Assembly: GCA_945883805.1 (NCBI GenBank)
Contig: CAMCYE010000003.1
Span: forward strand, 25,859 to 89,858
Origin: Victivallis vadensis
GTDB lineage: Bacteria; Verrucomicrobiota; Lentisphaeria; Victivallales; GWF2-50-93
Direction of reading: 5' to 3'
DNA length: 64,000 nt
The notes below the pieces were generated by a model. It did no database searches. It had not been told where the DNA came from and saw nothing but the letters and a program-made list of their open reading frames with translations. Below are positions 1 to 8,379 of this stretch, piece after piece. The translations under genes were made by a program, and so were the position numbers. Position 1 is the stretch's first letter; each line of letters starts with the position of its first letter.

Positions 1-1
1 A

Positions 2-799
2 ATCTATGGTATTTCCGGACTGAAAATACACTGCAAAAGCCTTCTGATAATCAGGAAGGAGGAAGGTGTAATCCGCAGATACCTGCATCTCTCTACCGGA
101 AACTACAATGAGAAAACCGCCAGGGTCTACACCGACATAGGAATATTCACATCGGATCCTGAACTATGCTCGGACGTTTCCGCACTCTTCAATGTGATGA
201 CAGGCTATGCCGCGGCTCCTGAGCGCTGGAACAAGATTGCTGTCGCGCCATATGACCTGAAGGAGAAATTCATTTCCCTTATTGACCGTGAAATCAGGCT
301 TTCCGACAAGCACAATCCCGGGCACATAATCGCAAAAATGAATTCCCTTGTCGACCAGGATGTAATCGAACGTCTTTACGAAGCGGCATATGCCGGTGTC
401 AAAGTTGACCTGATTGTCCGTGGAATATGCTGCCTGAAACCCGGAATAAAAACCGACAACATCAATGTGACAAGCATTGTCGACAGGTTCTTGGAACACA
501 GCAGGATTTATTATTTCGGCAATGGGGGAACCCCGGAATATTACCTGTCCAGTGCCGACATGATGCCGAGGAATCTGTACAAAAGGATCGAGATTCTTTT
601 CCCGGTTCAGGACGTCACAACCTGCAGGATGCTGAAAAAAATACTTGATCTGGAGCTGTCAGACTTAAGGAAGGGGCGGCGCATGGACGTCAACGGCGAC
701 TATTCCGCCACCGCCCAATCAGGAGATAAAAACATCGCCTCAAGAAGCCAGAAAAGGATATACGACTTCCTCAGGGAAAATTCAACTCCCAGGAAGTGA
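2..799 (+). CDS. ppk: polyphosphate kinase 1, C-terminal portion (5' end outside window)
   Basis: Frame is open from the window edge to the stop at 797-799. Translation contains HLSTGNYNEKTARVYTDIGIFTSD, IIAKMNSLVDQDVIERLYEAAYAGVKVDLIVRGICCL and SIVDRFLEHSRIYYF, typical of the PLD-like C-terminal domains of PPK1. Confidence 0.9.
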   Translation: MYGISGLKIHCKSLLIIRKEEGVIRRYLHLSTGNYNEKTARVYTDIGIFTSDPELCSDVSALFNVMTGYAAAPERWNKIAVAPYDLKEKFISLIDREIRLSDKHNPGHIIAKMNSLVDQDVIERLYEAAYAGVKVDLIVRGICCLKPGIKTDNINVTSIVDRFLEHSRIYYFGNGGTPEYYLSSADMMPRNLYKRIEILFPVQDVTTCRMLKKILDLELSDLRKGRRMDVNGDYSATAQSGDKNIASRSQKRIYDFLRENSTPRK

Positions 800-834
800 T
801 ATTTTTCAACTTCAGCGAAGTTGGAAAAATATAT

Positions 835-1398
835 TCATCCATTTTTCGCTTTTGGAAAGTCTTCTTTCTTGGCTGTCAGCTTCTCGTAGTCTTCAAGCAT
901 TAATTTAAGGCGGACTGTCTCTGATGAATTAAAAGGGGTGGTTGATTGACTGATTTCCCCTGTTTTCTTCATGTTCTGATATTCTTTTTCATCAGAAATG
1001 GCGTTTCCTATCGCATCTGCGACTTTGCATATGTAATCCTTCTTCATCATGTTTTCACTTAAGATTGCCAGCCTGCGTCCGCCTACCGCCACAATCAGTT
1101 CAGTGTAATTTCTAAATACCATAATGAGCCATGAAAATGCAGAGGCTATTACAATGATTGTGAAAAACAAAAAGGGAACGTCATATTCCTCCGGGATGAA
1201 GTCTGAAAATAGCAAAGGTGAAAATGAAAGTAATAAGAGAAGGACGCTGAAGCTGAACATCTCTATCCTGAAATTCACGTTCACGCTCTCAATTTTCTCG
1301 ACCGGCACGGTAATGTGGTTGCAGGTCACCCTTACATTTGTCACCTTGGATGTGGCATCGCCAAAATAAATTTTCTCCCCGATTTCATTTGCAGGCAT
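835..1398 (-). CDS. hypothetical membrane protein
   Basis: 187-aa ORF with ATG at 1396-1398. Two hydrophobic segments (FSFSVLLLLLSFSPLLF, FLFFTIIVIASAFSWLIMVF) are followed by a charged C-terminal tail. No catalytic motif recognised. Confidence 0.5.
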   Translation of the reverse strand: MPANEIGEKIYFGDATSKVTNVRVTCNHITVPVEKIESVNVNFRIEMFSFSVLLLLLSFSPLLFSDFIPEEYDVPFLFFTIIVIASAFSWLIMVFRNYTELIVAVGGRRLAILSENMMKKDYICKVADAIGNAISDEKEYQNMKKTGEISQSTTPFNSSETVRLKLMLEDYEKLTAKKEDFPKAKNG

Positions 1399-1505
1399 TT
1401 TCTTTCTCCTTTTAGGCTAAAAGACTATTTCAAATCCGGCTCTTTACAATGCACAATTAAACTGGACATTGCAAGTGCGAATACTGAAATTTTCAATATG
1501 TCCGC

Positions 1506-2372
1506 TCATTCGTTGCGCCTTATGTTCCGTAAGAGGAGTGGCTTTTTTAACTCCGACGCCGATATTCCCCTGTGTTTTTTAAAGAGCCTGGAGAAATGCG
1601 CCTGATTGGAGTAACCCGCCGACAACGCGGCTTCTGAAACAGTTATTCCGCTTACCTGCCGGAGAATCTTCTCCACCTCGTCAAGCTTGGCGTTTATCGT
1701 GTATTCCTTGAATGAAATCCCGTAGCGTTTTTTGAAAAGATGCGAAACGGTTGATTTGCTTCTGCCGGCATTTCTCGCAACTTCATCAAGCGAAATCGGC
1801 CTTTTCATGTTGTCGCTGACAAACCTCCGGACCTTGAGCAATGTCAGATCGCTTTTAATTTCAATAATCCTCTGGCTGATAATGGAATTCACAATCAGGG
1901 AAAACAGGGAATTCAGATGTGTCAGCTTCGCCGCAGAAATAAAAGGAGTTTTCTTGTATAACTTTATCAGCTCTTTAGGGTCAAGCCCTTTTTTACGGCA
2001 TTCGGCGACGAGTCTGTCGGGGCATTCGTTTTCAGTGCGGAACTGTCCAATCATCAGGAATCCGGCAAGTTCGTTCTCGATATAAACAGGATGAATGGAT
2101 TCATTCAAACCGGCATGGCACTTATATGATACGAGTTTTTTCCCGGTTGCGGCCTTTCCGAACATTTTCCTGTCAGTCTCGATGCACAGAGGGAGTTTCC
2201 CGAGTTTGCCCCTGAGGAAACTGCAGAATCCGCAGTTCGGAAGTTTCAATCCAAGTTTTTTCGCCTCGCCTTCAGGAGAAAAATATCCGATCCTGATTTC
2301 AAAGCACGCGGCAAAATGATCCAGTATCCGTTCCAATTCCCCCGTAAAAACTATTTCCGAATAATCTTTCAT
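1506..2372 (-). CDS. AraC-family transcriptional regulator with N-terminal PocR-like sensor domain
   Basis: N-terminal Cys-rich PocR-type pattern (PNCGFCSFLR...LPLCIETD...YKCHAGLNESIHPV...GQF). C-terminal double HTH (ISLDEVARNAGRSKSTVSHLFKKRYGISFKEY...SEAALSAGYSNQAHFSRLFKKHRGISASE). Confidence 0.8.
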   Translation of the reverse strand: MKDYSEIVFTGELERILDHFAACFEIRIGYFSPEGEAKKLGLKLPNCGFCSFLRGKLGKLPLCIETDRKMFGKAATGKKLVSYKCHAGLNESIHPVYIENELAGFLMIGQFRTENECPDRLVAECRKKGLDPKELIKLYKKTPFISAAKLTHLNSLFSLIVNSIISQRIIEIKSDLTLLKVRRFVSDNMKRPISLDEVARNAGRSKSTVSHLFKKRYGISFKEYTINAKLDEVEKILRQVSGITVSEAALSAGYSNQAHFSRLFKKHRGISASELKKPLLLRNIRRNE

Positions 2373-2617
2373 AAGTCATGTATCGACAGTTTTTAAGTTC
2401 CAAGTTTTAGGTTTTAAGTAAAGAGTTCGATTTATCCGGAAAAATATCCAGGACTTAATACTTAACACTTTGAACTTAAAACTTCTTTCATTAATCTATC
2501 ACATTCTGCATCAATATTGCATAAAAGTGCAAACAAATTGCTGATTTCGCAATTCCCGAAGGCTTCTGCCTGCATTATTATAAGCACATAAGAAAAACCA
2601 AAAAGGAGTTGCACGTC

Positions 2618-3634
2618 ATGAAAATGCGCGACGTTGTTTTAAATCAGATCAGACATAGGGAAACCCCTGAATTCCCATACACTCTGCCTTTGGAAGAGGA
2701 AGTGGCGGAGCGCGTAGACGCACACTACGGCAATGCCGACTGGAGAAAAAAGATCAAGCCCTATATTATCGGCGTAGCCGCCGTTGACACAGATCCCAAA
2801 ACACCGATTGATTCGCGCTATGTCCGCGATGAATACGGCGGAATATGGCGTCAGGACATGCGTCCCTGGCATCTTGAGAAACCACCGCTCGCGGAACCCT
2901 CATTCGCCGGCTACGAATTTCCGAAACCTGAAATATTCTACCGTCCGGAATCCAAGAAAATGGCATTGCGGACCTGTGCCGACAATAAAGACAGTTTCAT
3001 TTACGGCACCTTGGGATGGGGACTTTTCGAAAGAAGCTGGAATCTCCGCGGCTTTGAGAATGTTCTTGTCGATTCCATTATGGAACCCGAATTCTTCGAG
3101 GAGATGCTGGACAAGCTTATGAATCTGTACCTCTCCTTTGTCGAATATACCGCAGATCTGCCGATCGATGCGATACTGTTCGGGGACGACTGGGGCGACC
3201 AAAGGGGAGTAATCATCGGACCGGAACGCTGGAGGAAGTTCCTAAAACCGCGCTGGGCGAAAATCTACAAAGCTGTCCACAGTCACGGAAAAATCGTCAT
3301 GAGTCATTCCTGCGGTTCGGTCTCTGAAATCATCCCGGATCTGATCGAAATAGGTCTTGATGTCCTTGAAAGCGTCCAGCCGGAGGCGGAAGGAATGAAC
3401 CCATATGAACTGAAAAAGAAGTTCGGGAAAAACATCTGTTTCTGGGGATGTCTCGGCAGCCAGAGCACGATTCCAAGAGGCACACCGGCAGAGATTCAGG
3501 CGGAAATCCGCAAACTCAGGAGGGAAATGAGTTGCGGAGGAGGATACATCCTTGCGCCGGCAAAGCCACTGCAACCCGAAACCCCGACAGAAAACGCAGT
3601 AGCCATTATTGAGGCGTTCACAGGGGAACCGTAA
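2618..3634 (+). CDS. uroporphyrinogen decarboxylase (URO-D) family protein, MtaA/CmuA-like Zn-type
   Basis: URO-D family pattern (ILFGDDWGDQRGVIIGPERWRKFLKPRW...KIVMSHSCGSVSEIIPDLIEIGLDVLESVQPEA...GGGYILAP) with an H-x-C motif (SHSCG). ATG 2618 lies 10 nt after AAAGGAG; the ORF track starts at TTG 2609. Confidence 0.8.
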   Translation: MKMRDVVLNQIRHRETPEFPYTLPLEEEVAERVDAHYGNADWRKKIKPYIIGVAAVDTDPKTPIDSRYVRDEYGGIWRQDMRPWHLEKPPLAEPSFAGYEFPKPEIFYRPESKKMALRTCADNKDSFIYGTLGWGLFERSWNLRGFENVLVDSIMEPEFFEEMLDKLMNLYLSFVEYTADLPIDAILFGDDWGDQRGVIIGPERWRKFLKPRWAKIYKAVHSHGKIVMSHSCGSVSEIIPDLIEIGLDVLESVQPEAEGMNPYELKKKFGKNICFWGCLGSQSTIPRGTPAEIQAEIRKLRREMSCGGGYILAPAKPLQPETPTENAVAIIEAFTGEP

Positions 3635-3690
3635 GGCAATTGGGTAATCGTTGGACTTGGATTCTCCCGTATAGTAATTCATGAAAGATA

Positions 3691-3944
3691 AAGAACAGCC
3701 CTTGCGGGCTTAACTACGAACAAGCAATTCGTTTGCAGTTAATCCGCCCTAGATACTTTCGGCGGAAGTCCTTCCACACAAGAAATAGATGGAGCCGACC
3801 AGACGGTCAGCGTTCCCGGGAACGCCAAGCGTCTGCCCCGAGCTCATGATGTGACTCGGGATCTGAGACGACTTGGCTTAAAAATATGCGAAAAGACTTC
3901 CGCCAAGCAAATCTAGGCGGATTAATGCTGCAAGGCATGTTCTT
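3691..3944. repeat. family-1 palindromic intergenic element, copy 1 (interrupted by insertion)
   Basis: Left part AAGAACAGCCCTTGCGGGCTTAACTACGAAC...GTTTGCAGTTAA and right part TGCTGCAAGGCATGTTCTT become collinear with the intact copy at 6363-6444 once 3743-3921 and one TTAA are removed. Confidence 0.75.
3743..3921. mobile_element. MITE-like non-autonomous insertion (179 bp) with terminal inverted repeats and TTAA target duplication
   Basis: Ends are TCCGCCCTAGATACTTTCGGCGGAAGTC and GACTTCCGCCAAGCAAATCTAGGCGGA, about 30 bp of imperfect inverted repeats. Flanked by TTAA at 3739-3742 and 3922-3925. The paralogous uninterrupted site at 6421-6426 reads GTTAAT. No ORF inside. Confidence 0.6.
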
Positions 3945-3961
3945 GCCGTTTGATTGCAACT

Positions 3962-4600
3962 TTAGCGAACCCTTCTTATTTCCGAGAACAGTGCCTTCAT
4001 CCTGCCGTGATCTTTTACTCCCGGCGCCGATTCCACTCCGCTACTGACATCTATTCCAAAAGGATGCACCGAACTCACGGCTTTCCCGATATTCCCGGAA
4101 TCCAGTCCTCCGGCAAGGATCACAGACCTCTTTAAGTTCTCAACTGCGAATTTCGCAATTTCCCAGTCTGCGGTCTTTCCGGTTCCGCCGTAGGCTTTAC
4201 CGCTATAAGTGTCAATCAGGAATTTATCGGCCGGATAATCCACATATTTCAGAATGTCGTCCTTGGTTTCAGGCCTTATCGCCCTCCAGACCTCTGCGAA
4301 TTTCGCAACTTCCACTGCGAATTCCGCAGTTTCGTCGCCGTGCAACTGGATCACGTTCACACCTGTGCCGACATATTCCCTCACCTCATCAATGGTCGGG
4401 TTGACGAAAACTGCAACCTTATGGACGTTTTCAGGAATTTTCCCTGCAATCATTTTCACGGAAGACGCAGTTATGAATCTTGGGCTTTTCGGATATGCGA
4501 CGAAACCGAGCGCGTCCGCGCCGGATTCGGAGGCGAAAAGCGCATCCGCGAGCCCTGTTATCCCGCATATCTTTACAAAAATTCCGTCTCTTTGCAGCAT
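3962..4600 (-). CDS. trpF: phosphoribosylanthranilate isomerase
   Basis: FVKICGITGLADALFASESGADALGFVAYPKSPRFI...IQLHGDET...IDTYSGKAYGGTGKTADW...ILAGGLDSGNI...FGIDVSSGVE are classic PRAI TIM-barrel motifs. Confidence 0.88.
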   Translation of the reverse strand: MLQRDGIFVKICGITGLADALFASESGADALGFVAYPKSPRFITASSVKMIAGKIPENVHKVAVFVNPTIDEVREYVGTGVNVIQLHGDETAEFAVEVAKFAEVWRAIRPETKDDILKYVDYPADKFLIDTYSGKAYGGTGKTADWEIAKFAVENLKRSVILAGGLDSGNIGKAVSSVHPFGIDVSSGVESAPGVKDHGRMKALFSEIRRVR

Positions 4601-4863
4601 TTTATCTTCCTAGGTCTGTGTTTTCATCATAGAGAATCTCCAGCCAGGTCTGATGTCTTGGGAGATACCCGTAATACCCCGTTGCTTGCGGCGTGGATAG
4701 GATGGACGTCAGGATATTCTTTATTTTCAAATAAATTGATTGCTCAAATTGTAATTTACAATAGGAAAATTACCTTATTTCTTTTAGGTTTCACAGGCAG
4801 AGACGTAGATTTTCGTTTTTACCTGAAATCAAACATGCTGAATCGTCAGTCCCAGGCAATAAT

Positions 4864-6303
4864 ATGTCAGAAATATCCATCAAAATGCTTTTGGCTTTTA
4901 TACTGTTCGCGGCAGTGGTATACATTTTTTATCTGCGCTACATGAATTTCACCATCAGAAGAATGCTTGATGACACTCTCCACAAGAAATCTGAAATCGG
5001 GAATTTTCTTAGCATTTTCTCGAAAAACCTGAAAACTGTAGGGGAAATAGAGGATTCAATGAACATGACGGCGCGATATGTCGCCGATCTTGTCGGTGCG
5101 AGTTCACTGTGCATATTCACGCTTGACGAGGACGGTTTTCTGAAGGCGGCCGGAATATCCGGGGCATTTCCCACTCTTCGCAAATCGACTGAATATGTCC
5201 TTACAAAACCACGTTTCATCCTTGAATCCCTGCGAAGGGAGAAAATCAAGCTCGGAGAAGGAATCATAGGGGAAATCGCCCAAAACCGAGAATCCCTTCT
5301 TGTTGAGGACGCCTCCGAGGATCCGAGAATTACTGCCACCGGGAGCGTAATTCCGATTGAAACTTTAATGGCCGTGCCGATGGTGAAGGAAGGTAAACTC
5401 ATAGGCGTTGTCTGCGCGGTCAACAACAGGGAAAACGGCAAAGGCTTCACTCCTGAGCAGTTCAGCGCCCTCAAATTCATGTCGGCGCAGGTCGAACTGG
5501 CATACAATATCGTGCAGGTCTACTCCAACCTCAGCCAACAGCAGAGGATCAACCAGGAACTCGAGTTTGCAAAACAGCTCCAGTCGTCACTGCTCCCGAA
5601 GGAATGCCCGGAATGGGGTTCGTTCGCAGTCCAGGCTTTTTCAAAATCGGCAAAGGAGGTCAGTGGCGATTTCTATGATTTTGTTGAAATCGACCGGGAT
5701 CGACTGCTGGTTGTCATCGGCGACGCCTGCGGAAAAGGAATTCCTGCATGCCTTCTGATGTTCATGGCCCGTAGTTTCATCAGGGCGAACATTGAAAGAT
5801 TCGCGGGATTGCCAGAAATGATGAAAGAGCTCAACAACAACCTTTACAGGGACACCAGCGCCGAAAGGTTCATCACAATCGCATGCTGTGTCTTGAACAA
5901 GAAGGACAACACAGTCGAATACGCAAGAGCCGGTCATACCGAACTTCTCATCTGCGTTCCCAGCCACAGGCACAAACTGAGGAAATTCTACACGCAGGGA
6001 ACCGCCCTGGGACTAATGCCGGGAGACATGGTCGAGGAGTTCGACTCCATATCTTTCACATTCTTCAAAGACATGTCCATCCTGCTTTTCACCGACGGCA
6101 TCACTGAAGCCCTGGATAAACACGACAAAGAGTTTGGAATTGAAAAACTAAGGGAGAATTTCATGACCTCATGTGAAGGCAGGGCCTCCCCGCAGGAGAC
6201 AATTGAAAAAGTACTGAGATCCGTAGATATGTTTGTCGAGGAAACACCCCAGTCCGACGACCAGACCCTTGTTGTAATCAAACACCGTGAACATTTCGTC
6301 TGA
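4864..6303 (+). CDS. membrane-anchored GAF domain / PP2C (SpoIIE-type) serine phosphatase
   Basis: N-terminal TM (MLLAFILFAAVVYIFYL), a central GAF-like region (GIIGEIAQNRESLLVEDASEDPRI...AVPMVKEGKLIGVVCAVN), and a C-terminal SpoIIE/PP2C region (SGDFYDFVEI...VVIGDACGKGIPACLLM...FTDGITEA...QSDDQTLVVIK). Confidence 0.85.
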   Translation: MSEISIKMLLAFILFAAVVYIFYLRYMNFTIRRMLDDTLHKKSEIGNFLSIFSKNLKTVGEIEDSMNMTARYVADLVGASSLCIFTLDEDGFLKAAGISGAFPTLRKSTEYVLTKPRFILESLRREKIKLGEGIIGEIAQNRESLLVEDASEDPRITATGSVIPIETLMAVPMVKEGKLIGVVCAVNNRENGKGFTPEQFSALKFMSAQVELAYNIVQVYSNLSQQQRINQELEFAKQLQSSLLPKECPEWGSFAVQAFSKSAKEVSGDFYDFVEIDRDRLLVVIGDACGKGIPACLLMFMARSFIRANIERFAGLPEMMKELNNNLYRDTSAERFITIACCVLNKKDNTVEYARAGHTELLICVPSHRHKLRKFYTQGTALGLMPGDMVEEFDSISFTFFKDMSILLFTDGITEALDKHDKEFGIEKLRENFMTSCEGRASPQETIEKVLRSVDMFVEETPQSDDQTLVVIKHREHFV

Positions 6304-6327
6304 GGCGTGCCCGCAAACCAAATCGAA
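6304..6327 (+). repeat. post-stop-codon module (degenerate copy)
   Basis: GGCGTGCCCGCAAACCAAATCGAA starts 1 nt after the stop at 6301-6303. It matches GCGGGCTTTGCCCGCAACCCAAACTCGAA at 25877. It is followed by GAATATCCAATATC, which is also found at 39428. Confidence 0.5.
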
Positions 6328-6362
6328 TATCCAATATCGAACACGGAATGTCAAAGTAAACA

Positions 6363-6444
6363 AAGAACAGCCCTTACGGGCTTAACTACCAACAAATTCA
6401 AATCCAGGAGTTCGTTTGTAGTTAATGCCGTAAGGCATGTTCTT
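6363..6444. repeat. family-1 palindromic intergenic element, copy 2 (intact, 82 bp)
   Basis: AAGAACAGCCCTTACGGGCTTAACTACCAAC-[20 nt loop]-GTTTGTAGTTAATGCCGTAAGGCATGTTCTT. The arms are complementary over ~31 nt apart from two symmetric 2-nt mismatches. Each arm also holds its own mini-hairpin (AGCCC-TTAC-GGGCT; ATGCC-GTAA-GGCAT). Confidence 0.8.
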
Positions 6445-6636
6445 AGATTATTTATTGAGCTGATTTCAAAACTCAGGAAACGACTCGGACAAGCCTCTCC
6501 CTTCATGCCAGAAACGGGCGTTAATATGGAAGGTTTTGCTTGTCAAAACCGCAGTTTTGAAATTGCCTCTGTTATTATCTGGGTTTGAATTACCGATGGA
6601 TCTTGGGTGTTCATCTCTTTACAATGGAGTTCTTCC

Positions 6637-8379
6637 ATGTCCTGGTTGAAAATCAGTTCTGCGGTATTCGCATTTTCCTCATTCCAGTTTCTTTCTCTCT
6701 GCCAGCAGCCGTCAGCTGTCATTAATCCGCAGCCTCCCGCAGTCGAATCCAAAGCAGGTTATCTCACGATTTCCGCCGATATTGAGATTCCACCTGAATC
6801 CCAAAAAATATTCATAACTCCACAGACAACGCTTCCAATCATGGAGGAGTCCGGAGAGACTTATGTTTTCCTTGTCAATACTAATTTCTCCGCAGTCTGC
6901 TGTAAAATCCCAAAATACCAGAAATTCATGGTCTTGATGGACCTTTCCAAGGATGGTAAATCCGTTTATTTCAGGGGTGGAATCGAAGCCGAAGTATCAC
7001 CGTTCAAGTTTTCCGCAGGGGAGGAACTGCCGATAACCGGAGAAGATTCCAAAAACTATTTTGTCTCAGCTTTAAGACGAAAAGCAAATGTGACTGTAAA
7101 ACTGCCGAAACAGACGGAAGGAATTGTCTTCAGCAAGAAAAGCGCTTTTGCGAAATTCGCGGAAAGTCAGAAACGGAGCGGCTTGGAATATTACAACGGC
7201 GTCTGGATGCCCGTGGATAAATCCCGTGATCTGCGAAATTCGCAGATTGCAGGAGATCTGGAGAAACAGAAAAAATTGGACACTCTGAGGGCTATGGCGG
7301 ATTCCGGAGTTATTGTCCTGAAGAACGGAAAAATAGTTCACGGCTCCTGCAAGGGAGGAGACAAGACTTCGATACTTTTTGAATCAGAAAACGGCGATAC
7401 GCGGCAGTACGGCATTGACGATATTGAAAACATTGACTGTGAAAATGCCGTGGCCCTGGGCAATCTCGACTCCGCCAATCAGCTGGTTTTAAAAGCAAGA
7501 GGGCTAATGGATTCCTCTCCAGGCGAAGCAAGGAAGAATATCGAACAGGCGCAGAGCTGCCTCAGGAAAATCACCTCTTCTCTTCCAGATATCACGGAAA
7601 AATCAAGGGAGGTCGGCGCACTCCTGACAAGTATAAATGAAAAGATTGACAGCGGCCTCAGGAGAAAAGGCCTTGTCCTTTTCAACTATGAGGCGTTTCC
7701 TGCGGACGCCCTGGATTACCATCAGAAGAAAGGACACATGCTGACAGCGGGGAAAACATGGATAAATCCGGATCAGCTGTGCAGAATCTGTTCCGGTTCC
7801 GGGGAAATCGTCTGCGCAAAATGCCAGGGGTTTGGAAAAATCAGTAAAAAATGCGAGAAGTGTCAGAACGGAAGAATCAAATGCCACATCTGCGAGGGAA
7901 GCGGATACAGGCCATGCAATGCCTGCAACGGAATCGGCAAATTTTCACGGTCATGCACGAGATGCGGCGGAAGCGGAGTGTTTTCCGGATATTACTCGTA
8001 TCCTTCCAGACCAAGCCTTTACCTCTCCAGCGGAACATTTTCTGTGCCATGCTCACCATGGTTTTATTATCCCACTTACACTACCAGACCCTGTTCCGAG
8101 TGCGGAGGAACCGGAAATTTAAGCATTGCATGTTCATACTGTGGAGGAGCCGGAAATTTAATATGTCCGAAAACCGAGAAATGCCATCTCTGCAACGGAG
8201 TGAGTTTCTTTAAAATAATATGCCCCGATTGCCAGGAAAAAGGCAGAATCCCATGTCCCGACTGCAAGGGAAAAGGCTTCAACGGAGAAGCGCAGAAATA
8301 TCCAGGGCAGGAAGCAAATCCTGAGTCCGGCACAGGAGGCGTTTCCCGTGGGGCAAAATCCCAGACAAGGCTACCATAA
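6637..8379 (+). CDS. exported protein with C-terminal array of 11 DnaJ-type CxxCxGxG zinc-finger motifs
   Basis: ATG 6637 is preceded by GGAG; the ORF track starts at GTG 6607. Signal-like N-terminus MSWLKISSAVFAFSSFQFLSLCQQ. Residues encoded by 7780-8277 carry CRICSGSG, CAKCQGFG, CEKCQNGR, CHICEGSG, CNACNGIG, CTRCGGSG, CSECGGTG, CSYCGGAG, CHLCNGVS, CPDCQEKG and CPDCKGKG. Confidence 0.75.
   Translation: MSWLKISSAVFAFSSFQFLSLCQQPSAVINPQPPAVESKAGYLTISADIEIPPESQKIFITPQTTLPIMEESGETYVFLVNTNFSAVCCKIPKYQKFMVLMDLSKDGKSVYFRGGIEAEVSPFKFSAGEELPITGEDSKNYFVSALRRKANVTVKLPKQTEGIVFSKKSAFAKFAESQKRSGLEYYNGVWMPVDKSRDLRNSQIAGDLEKQKKLDTLRAMADSGVIVLKNGKIVHGSCKGGDKTSILFESENGDTRQYGIDDIENIDCENAVALGNLDSANQLVLKARGLMDSSPGEARKNIEQAQSCLRKITSSLPDITEKSREVGALLTSINEKIDSGLRRKGLVLFNYEAFPADALDYHQKKGHMLTAGKTWINPDQLCRICSGSGEIVCAKCQGFGKISKKCEKCQNGRIKCHICEGSGYRPCNACNGIGKFSRSCTRCGGSGVFSGYYSYPSRPSLYLSSGTFSVPCSPWFYYPTYTTRPCSECGGTGNLSIACSYCGGAGNLICPKTEKCHLCNGVSFFKIICPDCQEKGRIPCPDCKGKGFNGEAQKYPGQEANPESGTGGVSRGAKSQTRLP

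Noticed and set aside
3743-3921. RNase P RNA-like strings (GGCGGAAGTCC resembling the GAGGAAAGUCC CR-I box, and ACGACTTGGCTTA resembling ACAGAAnnCGGCUUA) inside a stem-closed ~180-nt unit. A 6S-like closed-stem architecture was also considered.
   Set aside because: The unit is far too short for a bacterial RNase P RNA and lacks a specificity domain. GGCGGAAGTC occurs on both strands only because it is part of the terminal inverted repeat. The TTAA duplication plus the intact empty-site paralog at 6363-6444 explains the unit better as a MITE-like insertion.
4601-4863. Trp attenuator or T-box leader upstream of trpF (minus strand), because the spacer contains a TCTCC...GGAGA stem and a 6-codon uORF (MMKTQT).
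   Set aside because: The uORF has no Trp codons. There is no T-box specifier or antiterminator sequence, and no terminator hairpin with a U-tract before the trpF start.
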